Source: a bacterium (GTDB taxonomy: Bacteria; Electryoneota; Electryoneia; Electryoneales; Electryoneaceae). From it: 64,000 nucleotides of DNA. Numbering within the stretch: position 1 is the first letter of the stretch; each line of letters starts with the position of its first letter. The translations under genes were made by a program, and so were the position numbers. Below are positions 49,862-59,593 of the stretch, piece by piece. Under the pieces are notes generated by a model. That model saw nothing but the letters and a program-made list of their open reading frames with translations. It had not been told where the DNA came from and did no database searches. Location of the stretch: contig CAXXKJ010000002.1 of assembly GCA_963675295.2 (NCBI GenBank), positions 896,001 through 960,000 of the forward strand. The letters run 5' to 3'.

Positions 49862-50839
49862 ATGGCGACTTTAACCGATCCAGTTTTGCTCCACCTGTGT
49901 GACCAGCTCAATCGTTTTGCGGATGAGCGTGGCTTCACACTTGGGCTGGAGCCTGTTCAATATGGCGTGAAACTGACCCTCAGCGATCCGAATCTTCCAG
50001 ACGACAAGGGCAAACCCGCGACCGCGCGTGGCGTATTGTACCACAGCGTGAAGAAGAAACGGGTCAGCTGGGTGTCGGAAGGCAAGGCGGACCCGGTGCT
50101 CGGGCCAATGCTGAACGAGCGTGTCCAGGCGTTGGTTGGCGCACGGGACCAGAAGGCGGCGGCGAAGAATCCGTCCATTGGCGCGGTGGAGAAGGGGCTG
50201 AAGAGTTGGATCGGCACCGACGAAACGGGCAAGGGAGATCTGTTCGGCCCGTTAATCGTTGGCGGCTTTGTCGCGGACCAGGCGATTGCGAAAGAGTTGA
50301 TCGCGATGGGCGTGCGTGACTCGAAGGAGTTGACCCGTCCCCAGATCGAACGGCTGGCCTCGATGATCCGCAAGCAGTGGCCGGACCGCTGCCATGTGGT
50401 GATGATCTCGCCGAAACGCTACAATGAGATGTACGACGGTTTCGCGCGCCGGGGTGGGATCAACGGTCTGCTTGGCTGGGGGCACGCGACCGCGATCAAG
50501 TCAGCGCTGGAGGGGAAGTATCCACTCGATGGCGCCGTGGTCGATAAATTCGGTGGAGAGCATCGGATCACGCCGTACTTGAAAGGCGCGGATGTGTCCC
50601 TGACCTTACGGTCGAAGGCGGAGTCGAATCCGGCGGTCGCGGCGGGGGCGATTCTCGCGCGGGCGAAGTTCGAGTACGCGTTGGATGATATGGAAAAGCC
50701 GCTCGGGTTTCGTCCGCATCCCGGTGCGAACGGCCCGGCGATGAAGGATTTGAAACGTCTGGCGAAGGAAAAACCGTCCGAGCTGGCTATGTATGTGAAA
50801 ATGCACTTCCGTCCGGTTCAGGCGCTGGCGGGGTTGTAG
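49862..50839 (+). CDS. rnhC: Ribonuclease HIII
   Basis: IGTDETGKGDLFGPL, GVRDSK, DKF and KAES...VAAGAILAR, plus an N-terminal extension domain. Confidence 0.85.
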   Translation: MATLTDPVLLHLCDQLNRFADERGFTLGLEPVQYGVKLTLSDPNLPDDKGKPATARGVLYHSVKKKRVSWVSEGKADPVLGPMLNERVQALVGARDQKAAAKNPSIGAVEKGLKSWIGTDETGKGDLFGPLIVGGFVADQAIAKELIAMGVRDSKELTRPQIERLASMIRKQWPDRCHVVMISPKRYNEMYDGFARRGGINGLLGWGHATAIKSALEGKYPLDGAVVDKFGGEHRITPYLKGADVSLTLRSKAESNPAVAAGAILARAKFEYALDDMEKPLGFRPHPGANGPAMKDLKRLAKEKPSELAMYVKMHFRPVQALAGL

Positions 50840-50886
50840 ATTGACAATGTGTCCGTGTTGTTTGAGCAAGTCGGGTGCTGAATCCC

Positions 50887-50993
50887 GGGGACACTTTGTC
50901 CCCAAAGTGTCCCCACACTTGACGCAGCACGAGAGACGAAAGACCAGAGACGAAAGACTGAAGTCCGCAGACCAGCGACGAGAGACGACCGAA
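50887..50993. repeat. GGGGACAC palindrome plus a (GAGAGAC/GAAAGAC) heptamer array ending just before the lpxB start
   Basis: Palindrome at 50887-50914; nine 7-bp units at 50931-50993. Confidence 0.7.
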
Positions 50994-50996
50994 GAG

Positions 50997-52130
50997 ATGC
51001 ACGTATTCTGGGTGACAGGTGAGAGTTCAGGCGACCGTCACGCGGCGCACCTGATCCGTGAGCTGAAACGGCTGCGGCCGGAGTGGACGCACGGCGGGAT
51101 GGGTGGCGAGGCGATGCGTCGTGAGGGCGTGACCCTCACCGCCGACCTCAAGGAAGCGGCGTTGATGGGCCTGACCGAGGTCATCCGTCACCTGCCACGC
51201 CTGTTCCGGTTGCGCAACCGGCTGATCGACGCGATTGTCGACAGCGGCGCGCAGTTGGTCGTGCTGGTCGATTTTCCCGACTTCAACATGGGTGTCGCCC
51301 GCAGCCTGCGTGTCCGGCTCGGACGTCAGATCCCGATCCTGTACTATGTCAGCCCCCAGGTGTGGGCATGGCGCCGTGGACGCATCAAGACCATCGCGAA
51401 GTTGGTGGACGCGATGGCGGTGTTGTTCCCGTTTGAGGTGGATGTCTACCGTCCGCACGGGCTTGAGACGGTATTCTTCGGCCATCCGCTGGTCGGTGAA
51501 GTGAAGCCGTCCGCGCCGCTGCCGGAGTTGCGGAAACAGTTCGGCCTGCTGGGCGATGAACAGGCGGTGGCGATACTGCCGGGCAGCCGCGAGCAGGAGG
51601 TCCGGCGTCACCTGCCGGTGCAGCTGGCTGCGGTGAAACGGTTGCGCAGCCGGTTGACCGAACCGGTCAAGGTACTGCTCGCGCAGGCGAACACCGTCGA
51701 CCGGCAGCTGCTGGAACAGTTGGCGGCGGGCATTCCGGACGTGACCATTGTCGACAACGCGCGCGATGCGCTCGCTGCGTCCCGGGTCGGCCTGGTCAAG
51801 TCGGGCACGTCCACGATCGAGGCGCTGCTGATCGGCACGCCGTACGTGGTGATGTACATCGTCAGTCCGTTGACCTATCGCATCGCGAAACTGCTGATTC
51901 GCGGTGTGAAGTATATCGCGATGGTGAATGTGCTGGCGAACCGTGAGATTGTGCCGGAACACATCCAGGATGACGCCAACCCGCGCCGGCTGGCGCAGGA
52001 TCTCGAACGCCTCTGGGACAGCGAGGACCGTGACAAGATGACGCAGCGGCTGAAGGACTTGTCCTCATCCCTTGGCGAACCTGGCAGCACCGAGCGGCTG
52101 GCCGAGTGGATGGTGGAACGGTTCGGGTAG
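50997..52130 (+). CDS. lpxB: Lipid-A-disaccharide synthase
   Basis: GESSGD, DFPDFN, YVSPQVWAWR, LPGSR and SGT. Confidence 0.95.
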   Translation: MHVFWVTGESSGDRHAAHLIRELKRLRPEWTHGGMGGEAMRREGVTLTADLKEAALMGLTEVIRHLPRLFRLRNRLIDAIVDSGAQLVVLVDFPDFNMGVARSLRVRLGRQIPILYYVSPQVWAWRRGRIKTIAKLVDAMAVLFPFEVDVYRPHGLETVFFGHPLVGEVKPSAPLPELRKQFGLLGDEQAVAILPGSREQEVRRHLPVQLAAVKRLRSRLTEPVKVLLAQANTVDRQLLEQLAAGIPDVTIVDNARDALAASRVGLVKSGTSTIEALLIGTPYVVMYIVSPLTYRIAKLLIRGVKYIAMVNVLANREIVPEHIQDDANPRRLAQDLERLWDSEDRDKMTQRLKDLSSSLGEPGSTERLAEWMVERFG

Positions 52131-52292
52131 TGCGCAGCGGCTAAAACTTCCGCATCGGCCCCACCACTTCGAGAATTCCGGCTCATGTCTTCCTGAGATT
52201 ATTCGTTTGGTTCTCCCAACAAGCTGCCAATCCGTTCCATGTGCCCTATCTTTGCGATTGCTTTCCAGCACGTTAGCCAAGAGGGGGTTTTT

Positions 52293-54068
52293 ATGACACG
52301 CGTATTCACTGTGGTTCTGATTCTTCTCGCCATTGCTTCCACCGTGCCAGCCCAACCGCCAGATGTCCTTTGGACGACCATGGTTGACGATCCGGATGGA
52401 TCGCAGCAATTCGAGTCCGTGGTCCATGCGTCCGACGGGTCGATATTCGCATGGGGCCGTGACTATGTCGGGACCATCGATCCCGGCTACCTGTTCAAGT
52501 TTAACGGGGACGGCGAACTGCAGTGGTCGAGAACGTACGACGCGTTACCGCTGGTGCTGGAAGGTGGGACGATCATATCAGATGGCGCGGACGGTGTGTA
52601 TGTCTGCGGGGAAGCGTGGGGGCCGGACATCAAGCTGGCCCATCTGGATGCCAACGGTGACGCCATCTGGACAAGCCTGGACCCGAACTATGAACTGAGC
52701 GCCGATGTGGAAACGATGCTGCAGCTGGCGGACGGGGGCTTTGTAGTCGCCTGCGCGACCGACTCATCCTATTCCGGCCCGGATGGGGTGTCGTTGTCTT
52801 TCTTTGCTCCGGACGGCAACTATCAGCAGACGACCATGTATGATTTCGAAACCTCGTATCTGGATGTGAATTCGATCATCCAGTTACAGGATGAGACGCT
52901 GGTCGTCGGCGGCAGGAACGGGCATGATGACGAAGCGTTCGTGATGCGAGTGGAACCCGATGGCACCCTGCTCTGGCTAAATACCTGGTACTCCTGGCAA
53001 ACCGTCGAGATCAATGACCTCGTCGCGTTACCGGACGGCAACTTTGCCTTCTGCGGCCATTACGACGACAGCTGGGTTGGGGTGATGACGCCGGACGGCG
53101 AGATGGTGTGGGAACAACTCGGGACGCTGAGCGGGACCGCAGTGACGGTATCTCCCGCTGGCGGATTGATTTTCACGCTTGCGTCAACTGTCAAACACAC
53201 AGATGTGCATGGAAACCTGTTGTGGCAGGAATCAGTTGGCGGAATGCCGTATGATTCAAGATTCTACAGCGTTTGTGTGACGGAAGAGGCCGGGATCATC
53301 GTCGCCGGGGGATGTGGACTGGACGATCTGCTGATCGTGTCCCGGTTCGAGGATGAGACAATTCCGCAAATCAGCCTCACCCTGTATCCACAGAGCAGTA
53401 CAGTGATTCCGGCGTCCGGCGGAACGCTGGCATTTGCTGCGCAGGTGGAGTTGAATTACCCGGATCCAGTCGTTTGCCATGGTTGGACGCGGGTTCGGTT
53501 GCCGAACGGTGAGTCCATCGGTCCGCTGTTTCACAGCCCACTGAATCTGCATCCGGGCGAATCCTGGTTTGCCGGGGGAGCGTTGACTGTCCCCGCCTAC
53601 GCGCCTGAGGGGGCGTACGAGCTGGTTGGGATCCTCGGTTTCTATCCGAACCATCCGTTGATCGTTGATGAGCTGCCGTTCACGAAGGAGGCAGGCTGGG
53701 ATGTCACCCGACCGGTAGGACCGGATGATTTCTCCGGGTCCTTCCCCAACCGTGAACAGCCGCTGGGCAATCCAGGTTACGACGACCTGGCTGCCCTGCC
53801 CGACATACCTGTGCTGGGCGAGCTGTACCCGAACCCGACGAACGGGCGGTCGTCGCTGACGATCACGTTGCCGGAAGCAGGCATGTTGCGGGCGGAACTG
53901 TATGATGTCACCGGACGATTCGTGGCGACCGTGTTCGACGGGACGGTCTCCGCCGGAAACCAGATGATCGCGGTTGAGACCGATGGGCTCGCGTCGGGTA
54001 CGTACCTGTTGCGGGTCAGCGTACCGGGCCAGCTTGATCAGACACGGCGGCTGGTGTTGTTGAAGTAG
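52293..54068 (+). CDS. Secreted beta-propeller, Ig-like domain and T9SS C-terminal domain
   Basis: Signal peptide; DG...W repeats; IPASGG...LPNG...PFTK domain; YPNPTNG...SGTYL...LVLLK. Confidence 0.75.
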   Translation: MTRVFTVVLILLAIASTVPAQPPDVLWTTMVDDPDGSQQFESVVHASDGSIFAWGRDYVGTIDPGYLFKFNGDGELQWSRTYDALPLVLEGGTIISDGADGVYVCGEAWGPDIKLAHLDANGDAIWTSLDPNYELSADVETMLQLADGGFVVACATDSSYSGPDGVSLSFFAPDGNYQQTTMYDFETSYLDVNSIIQLQDETLVVGGRNGHDDEAFVMRVEPDGTLLWLNTWYSWQTVEINDLVALPDGNFAFCGHYDDSWVGVMTPDGEMVWEQLGTLSGTAVTVSPAGGLIFTLASTVKHTDVHGNLLWQESVGGMPYDSRFYSVCVTEEAGIIVAGGCGLDDLLIVSRFEDETIPQISLTLYPQSSTVIPASGGTLAFAAQVELNYPDPVVCHGWTRVRLPNGESIGPLFHSPLNLHPGESWFAGGALTVPAYAPEGAYELVGILGFYPNHPLIVDELPFTKEAGWDVTRPVGPDDFSGSFPNREQPLGNPGYDDLAALPDIPVLGELYPNPTNGRSSLTITLPEAGMLRAELYDVTGRFVATVFDGTVSAGNQMIAVETDGLASGTYLLRVSVPGQLDQTRRLVLLK

Positions 54069-54216
54069 GGAGTGAAGTTCGTTGAGGAAGCGGACGTGTT
54101 GAACGCAAAATCCACCGCCTCGGGCAATGTGTCCGGGGTGGTTTGTTCTCAGTAAACCGTTCCAGTAACTCATTTTGCGGTACCGCCGGGCTGTTCACGC
54201 GGTTACATTGCACAGC

Positions 54217-56508
54217 ATGAACAAAGCGGCGCCACCGAACCACAGTGACACCTCCTTTGCCCGCGATCTCGGGTTGTTCGATGCCACGATGATCGGCATC
54301 GGCGCGATGATTGGCGCGGGCATCTTTGTTCTCACCGGCCTCGCGTCAGGCGAAGCGGGTCCGGCGGCGATTGTCGCGTTCGCGTTGAACGGTGTCGTCA
54401 CCCTCCTGACGGCGTTTGTCTACGCCGAGCTCGCCTCGACCATTCCACGTGCCGGTGGCGGGTATTCGTTTGTGCGGATGGCGTTTCCCGGCGGAGCAGG
54501 GTTTGTCGCCGGGTGGATGCTGTGGTTTGCGTACACCGTCGCCTGCTCGCTGTATGCCCTCGGATTTGCGGGGTACTTCTGGGAATTCTTCCACCGTTAC
54601 ACGCCCGGTGTCACCGAATTCATCTACAACCTGATCAGCCACCATGGCGCGGTCGCATTGATCACGGTCGGCGTCGGCGTGATGTTCATCGCGTTGAACG
54701 CCCGCGGCGCGGAGGTCACCGGCAAGACGGAAAACGCGCTGACATTATCCAAGATCGCCGTGCTCGGCATCTTCATCTTCTTCGGCATCAAGCGGATCAT
54801 GGCGGAGCCGTCGCTGGCGGCGGAGAGCTTCACGCCGTTCCTGCCGAACGGGTTGGGTGGGGTGCTGGTGGCGATGGGGCTGACGTTCATCGCGTTCGAG
54901 GGCTACGACCTGATCGCGACGGTTGCCGAGGAGATCAAGCAACCGGAGAAAAACATCCCGCGCGCGACCTTCATCTCGCTCGGGGTGACGGTGGTGATCT
55001 ACCTGCTGATCCTCTGGGTGTCGATTGGCGCGGTGCGGCCGGAGGGGATGAAATCCTGGGAGTTTCTCGGGGCATATGGTGAGACGGCGATTGTCCGCGC
55101 GGCAGAGGATTTCATGCCGGCATTCGGGGTGATGGTGATCGTCTTCGGCGGGTTGCTGTCGACGATGTCGGCGTTGAACGCGACAGTGATGGCGGCGAGC
55201 CGGGTGGCGTTCTCGATGAGCCGCGACCGGTGGCTGCCGAAGCGGATGTCGGCGATTCATCCACGCCGCCGCACTCCACAGATCGCGATTGTGGTTACGG
55301 GTGTGATTCTGCTGGTCAGCGCGCTGGCGTTGCCGATTGAAACGGTCGGTTCGGCGGCGAGTCTGATGTTCCTGCTTACGTTCGCGATGGTCAACCTGTC
55401 GCTGATCGCGTTACGGCGGAAGTATCCTGAGTTGCCAAGACGCTATAAGGTACCGTTGTATCCGATTGTGCCGATCCTCGGCTTCCTGCTCAACATCTTC
55501 CTCGCGTTGTACCAGTTTTCGTTCCAACCGGTGGCGTGGTATGTCACGATTGGCTGGGTGGCGGTCGGCTTGTTCCTGTACTACGCCGTGTTCGAGAAGT
55601 CCGGCGCGGAGCTGAAGCCGCAGGTGTTGCGTCCGCAAAAGGGTCTGCTGGAGGAGAGGCCGGAAGAGCCGTGCGTGCTGGTGGCGTTGTACAACCCGGA
55701 CAACGTGGACACGTTGCTGAACATCGCGATCCCGTTGGCGAAGCAGCGCGGGCATCGGGTGGTGGCGGCGACGGTTGTCGAACTGCCCCGTCAGATGCCG
55801 ATCCACGAAGGGTTGCGGGTGGCGCATCACAAGGAAGCGACGCTCAATGCCGCGAAACGGTACGCCCGGCAGTTTGGCGTAACGCCGGAAACCGACCTCG
55901 TCATCGCGCATCAGGCAGCGGACGGCATCCTCACCGCCGCCGAACATCACAACGCGGACGCGCTGGTGATGGGCTGGAAGGGATTTACGAACGCGCGCGA
56001 CCGTATCTTTGGTGAGGTGGCTGACCGTGTCATCCGGCACGCGCCGTGCGACCTGTTCATGCTCAAGATCGGTGATGAACGCCGGTTCAAGACCTGCCTG
56101 CTACCGACGGCGGGTGGTCCGAACGCGAAGCTGGCAGCGGGAGTGATCCGTGCGCTGGGTGAACGGGAGCAGATGACGGTGACCGCGGCGACGGTGATCG
56201 CTCCGGACGCGACGGACGAGCAGCGCCGTGACGCGGAACGGTACATGGACGCGACGATGGCCAAGGCGGACCCGTCGCTGGCGCAGGAACGACGGCTGAT
56301 TGAGGCGACGTCGATTGCCGGTGGGATCGCGAAGGCGAGCCGGGACTACGATCTGGTGGTGATCGGCGCGGCGGCGGAGCCGTTGTTCCGCACGATGCTG
56401 TTTGGCGAAATCCCGGAGAAGGTGGCGCGCTATTCGCCGACGTCGGTGCTGGTGGTGAAGAAGTACGAAGGCGTGATGAAAAGTGTGCTCAAGCGTGTGA
56501 TGGGCTAG
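54217..56508 (+). CDS. APC-family amino-acid permease fused to two universal-stress (USP) domains
   Basis: GAMIGAGIF, FIAFEG and AEE..PEKNIP; VMGW...HAPCD and VVIGA USP motifs. Confidence 0.9.
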   Translation: MNKAAPPNHSDTSFARDLGLFDATMIGIGAMIGAGIFVLTGLASGEAGPAAIVAFALNGVVTLLTAFVYAELASTIPRAGGGYSFVRMAFPGGAGFVAGWMLWFAYTVACSLYALGFAGYFWEFFHRYTPGVTEFIYNLISHHGAVALITVGVGVMFIALNARGAEVTGKTENALTLSKIAVLGIFIFFGIKRIMAEPSLAAESFTPFLPNGLGGVLVAMGLTFIAFEGYDLIATVAEEIKQPEKNIPRATFISLGVTVVIYLLILWVSIGAVRPEGMKSWEFLGAYGETAIVRAAEDFMPAFGVMVIVFGGLLSTMSALNATVMAASRVAFSMSRDRWLPKRMSAIHPRRRTPQIAIVVTGVILLVSALALPIETVGSAASLMFLLTFAMVNLSLIALRRKYPELPRRYKVPLYPIVPILGFLLNIFLALYQFSFQPVAWYVTIGWVAVGLFLYYAVFEKSGAELKPQVLRPQKGLLEERPEEPCVLVALYNPDNVDTLLNIAIPLAKQRGHRVVAATVVELPRQMPIHEGLRVAHHKEATLNAAKRYARQFGVTPETDLVIAHQAADGILTAAEHHNADALVMGWKGFTNARDRIFGEVADRVIRHAPCDLFMLKIGDERRFKTCLLPTAGGPNAKLAAGVIRALGEREQMTVTAATVIAPDATDEQRRDAERYMDATMAKADPSLAQERRLIEATSIAGGIAKASRDYDLVVIGAAAEPLFRTMLFGEIPEKVARYSPTSVLVVKKYEGVMKSVLKRVMG

Positions 56509-57171
56509 ATGAACGAGCGGCTGCAATACATACTCGCGGATTATGTCGCGCCGTCGCTGGTGCGCGGGCTGGCGTCCACATTGCGGATGCAGATCGTGGA
56601 CGGTCACAACCTCGAAGCCGCGAAGGATGCGAAGGGCCATTACCTCATCGCTTGCCTGCACGGGCGGATGTTCCTCCCGGTCTGGCAACACCGGAGGGAC
56701 GGGGTGACGACGCTGGTTTCGCGCAGCCGGGACGGTGAACTGGTCGCTCGCCTGGTTCACAAGTTGGGGCACAACACGGTACGTGGGTCGAGCCACCGTG
56801 GCGCGCGGGAAGGGTTGCGCGAAATGGTCGAAGCGGGCAAGCACAGCATCCTCGGGATGATGGTGGACGGTCCGCGCGGCCCACGTGAAGACCCGAAGAT
56901 GGGCACCATCGCGATCGCACGGATGACCGGGCTGACGATCCTGCCGATGACCGCGTCGGCCGTACCGAACTGGACGTTTGGTTCATGGGACAAGTTCCAG
57001 CTGCCGAAACCGTTCGCGAAGGCGTACGTTTTGTATGGCGAGCCGCTCAAGGTGCCGAAGACCGCGAAGGGCGCGGAGGCGATGGAGGAGCTGCGGCTTG
57101 AGCTGAGACGTCGGCTGGTGGCGTTACGTGAACGCGCTGATCGTATCGCGTCGGGGGGCGAACGTGTATGA
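56509..57171 (+). CDS. DUF374 lysophospholipid-acyltransferase family (LpxJ-like)
   Basis: LVSRSRDGE, VRGSS, DGPRGP and SWDKFQLPKPF. Confidence 0.85.
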   Translation: MNERLQYILADYVAPSLVRGLASTLRMQIVDGHNLEAAKDAKGHYLIACLHGRMFLPVWQHRRDGVTTLVSRSRDGELVARLVHKLGHNTVRGSSHRGAREGLREMVEAGKHSILGMMVDGPRGPREDPKMGTIAIARMTGLTILPMTASAVPNWTFGSWDKFQLPKPFAKAYVLYGEPLKVPKTAKGAEAMEELRLELRRRLVALRERADRIASGGERV

Positions 57172-57205
57172 TCATCAACGAATCGGGAAGCCGCTGAATC
57201 TCGTT

Positions 57206-57910
57206 ATGCTGACGGCTGTTGTGCCGTTGTTGCTGAGTGGTTGCGGTGATGGGGGCGGAGGGGTTCCGTCCGGCCCGAATGAACATCCGCCGGGGGATGC
57301 TTCGGCAACCTGCCAGGTGTATCTCTCGCAGCAGATTAATTTGCGTGGCGACGATGAATACAATGCCGTCAGCGTTTCGACCTGGATGTGGAAATCGTGG
57401 GAGGAGACCAGCTACCGTCCGCCGCTGCCGCCGGTGGAGCTGAACGGCGTGTTGCAGGACGTTGATCCTGGTGCGGATGGGTATGGGATTCCATGGGATC
57501 AGGGCTTGCTCAGTCCGCAGGATACGGTGACCATTGACCTGCATTTCTGTGATGGATTCACGTTTCACTCGTTTTATAATGGCGTGCGCCCCTTCATGAT
57601 CCCATCATTGAATGTTGACACGGTGTACACGGGTGATCCGCTCATAGTGGATGTGTATTCATTGGGTGATTTTGACGAGATCACGTTGTCCTACATTCCG
57701 GGTGAGACGGAGGATGATCTCGTGATCAAGACACCGACGCGGCACGTATATCCGGTACCTGAACTTGGGTCTGAACCGCGCACGTTGCTGATAAGCGGGA
57801 TTCATACGTTCATCGACCGGACCGTTGAGATGTACGGTGATACGTTGTACTACGACTATCACCGTCTCCGTCATGACCGGCGGACGACGCTGGTCCGTTC
57901 AGCCGAATAG
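57206..57910 (+). CDS. Hypothetical lipoprotein (start uncertain)
   Basis: Lipobox LLSGC followed by a Gly/Pro linker. Confidence 0.55.
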   Translation: MLTAVVPLLLSGCGDGGGGVPSGPNEHPPGDASATCQVYLSQQINLRGDDEYNAVSVSTWMWKSWEETSYRPPLPPVELNGVLQDVDPGADGYGIPWDQGLLSPQDTVTIDLHFCDGFTFHSFYNGVRPFMIPSLNVDTVYTGDPLIVDVYSLGDFDEITLSYIPGETEDDLVIKTPTRHVYPVPELGSEPRTLLISGIHTFIDRTVEMYGDTLYYDYHRLRHDRRTTLVRSAE

Positions 57911-57916
57911 GTGCCC

Positions 57917-59098
57917 ATGGAAGACGCTCCTCACGCTTCACCACCGATCAATCCCTGGTCGTTGCTCGCGCCGCTGTCGTTGGGTTTCGCGGCAGGATCA
58001 GCGGTTCGGAATGCGATGTTCGACACCGGTCTGCGCAAGACCAACCGTACCCACGCGAAAGTGATCTCTGTCGGCGGATTGATGGCCGGCGGCAGTGGCA
58101 AGACGCCGGTGACGCTCGACATCGTGCGCTGGCTGGTGTACAAGCTGATTCCGCTCGATGAGTGGAAGGAGGGCGAGTACCCGGTGGTGATGGTCAGCCG
58201 GGGGTACAGGCGCAAAAGCAGTGGCGTGCGGGTTGTCTGTGATGGTACTCGGGTGGTGACCAGCGCGGACAAGGGCGGGGACGAGCCGGTGATGATGGCG
58301 AACGCACTGCTTCATGATCATCGTCGCAAGGTGTTCGGAGTGACACGTGGTGTGCCGGTGATTGTCGCCGAAGATCGTGTCGCCGGTGTGGAGGAGGCGG
58401 AGCGACGCTTTGGCGCGAAGGTGGTGGTGCTGGACGATGCGTTCAGCCACCGGTTAATCGCCCGCGACCTCGACATATTGATCATCAATGAGGATTTGCC
58501 GGACTGGTGGTGGCGTCCGTTGCCGGCGGGACGGATGCGGGAGAGTTTCAACTCGATCCGGCGCGCCGATTTCATTGTTTACAGCGGACGGAAGCGCAAT
58601 CCGGTGTTGCGTCACAGGATCGGCGAGCTGCTGGGTGATCATGACCGGTCGGCGACGGTGTACGTGGAAACGGATAACTGCACAGTCCACGGCGGTCCGA
58701 AAGCCGGGCAGAAGGCGTCCCTGCTTGGCAAGCGTGTGGTGCTGGCGACGGGGATCGCGCGTCCGAAACGGTTTTTCACGTCGATCCACAACAAGTCGGT
58801 GTCGGTGATTGACACGTTTGCCTTTCCCGATCACGCTCCGTGGACATTGGCGCAGCGGGAACGTGTGCAGCGACGCGCGCGCCAGCTGGGTGCGGACGCG
58901 ATTGTGATCACGGCGAAGGACGCGGTGAAGTGGCCGGACGAGGAGTTCGTTCCGCCGGTGCTGGTGACGGATGTGCTGTTGCGCTGGTCACCGGAGCGTC
59001 CCCATCAGGAGCATGCATCTCTGGAACCACCCCCTCCTGCGGCGAATCCGGAGCTGCTGGAACTGGTGCGCCAGGTGTGGGAGTCTGCGGGAAAGTGA
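57917..59098 (+). CDS. lpxK: Tetraacyldisaccharide 4'-kinase
   Basis: GGSGKTP, SRGY, GDEP, LDDAFSH, FPDH and TAKDAVK. Confidence 0.93.
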   Translation: MEDAPHASPPINPWSLLAPLSLGFAAGSAVRNAMFDTGLRKTNRTHAKVISVGGLMAGGSGKTPVTLDIVRWLVYKLIPLDEWKEGEYPVVMVSRGYRRKSSGVRVVCDGTRVVTSADKGGDEPVMMANALLHDHRRKVFGVTRGVPVIVAEDRVAGVEEAERRFGAKVVVLDDAFSHRLIARDLDILIINEDLPDWWWRPLPAGRMRESFNSIRRADFIVYSGRKRNPVLRHRIGELLGDHDRSATVYVETDNCTVHGGPKAGQKASLLGKRVVLATGIARPKRFFTSIHNKSVSVIDTFAFPDHAPWTLAQRERVQRRARQLGADAIVITAKDAVKWPDEEFVPPVLVTDVLLRWSPERPHQEHASLEPPPPAANPELLELVRQVWESAGK

Positions 59099-59248
59099 GC
59101 TTGCACGTGTGGAGCTCTCGCGCTACCTTTCTTAACTAATCCGGCGCAACCCGTGGCGTGGAGGAGGGGGACGCAGTCGTTGAGCTGATTGTATGAGTTG
59201 AGCTCGTGTCCATTGCCTTCTGTCCGGGCCCTACGTGGCAGAGTACTT

Positions 59249-59321
59249 GGGCCCATAGCTCAGCGGTTAGAGCCGCCGACTCATAATCGGTTGGTCCCAG
59301 GTTCAAATCCTGGTGGGCCCA
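59249..59321 (+). tRNA. tRNA with CAT anticodon, most likely tRNA-Ile2 (lysidine); CCA not encoded
   Basis: GGGCCCA/TGGGCCC acceptor stem, TAGCTCAG D-arm, CCGA-CTCATAA-TCGG anticodon arm and GGTTCAAATCC T-loop; resembles E. coli ileX; 1-72 pair is Watson-Crick, so not the initiator. Confidence 0.92.
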
Positions 59322-59508
59322 CAGGCCGCCGGAACTTTGGTTTGCTTTGGTCGTAAATGATGCGTGTTGGAGAGAGACAGCAGCATTTCGCCATCGCCAG
59401 AAACATGCGAGGCAACATCTTGCATCGAGTGAGTGTTCAGCAAAAACTGGGAGCGTTTTGGGGAGCGATGGTTTCGCGCCCCGACTGCCTCATAGATCGA
59501 TAGACTCA

Positions 59509-59546
59509 ACGTGCTCAGGTCCAGTAGACCGGGCACGTTTTTTTTG
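59509..59546 (+). terminator. Intrinsic terminator downstream of the tRNA
   Basis: AACGTGCTC...GGGCACGTT stem followed by a run of T. Confidence 0.6.
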
Positions 59547-59593
59547 TTCATTTGTGACGTGCAACCGTCACAGTACATAAGGGGTTCGCAGTC

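Noticed and set aside
59249-59340. Prophage or island integrated at the tRNA
   Set aside because: No integrase and no duplicated tRNA 3' end seen in the window.
59460-59500. Fluoride riboswitch (GCGATGG...TCGC)
   Set aside because: No pseudoknot partner or 3' consensus, and the downstream gene is unrelated to fluoride.
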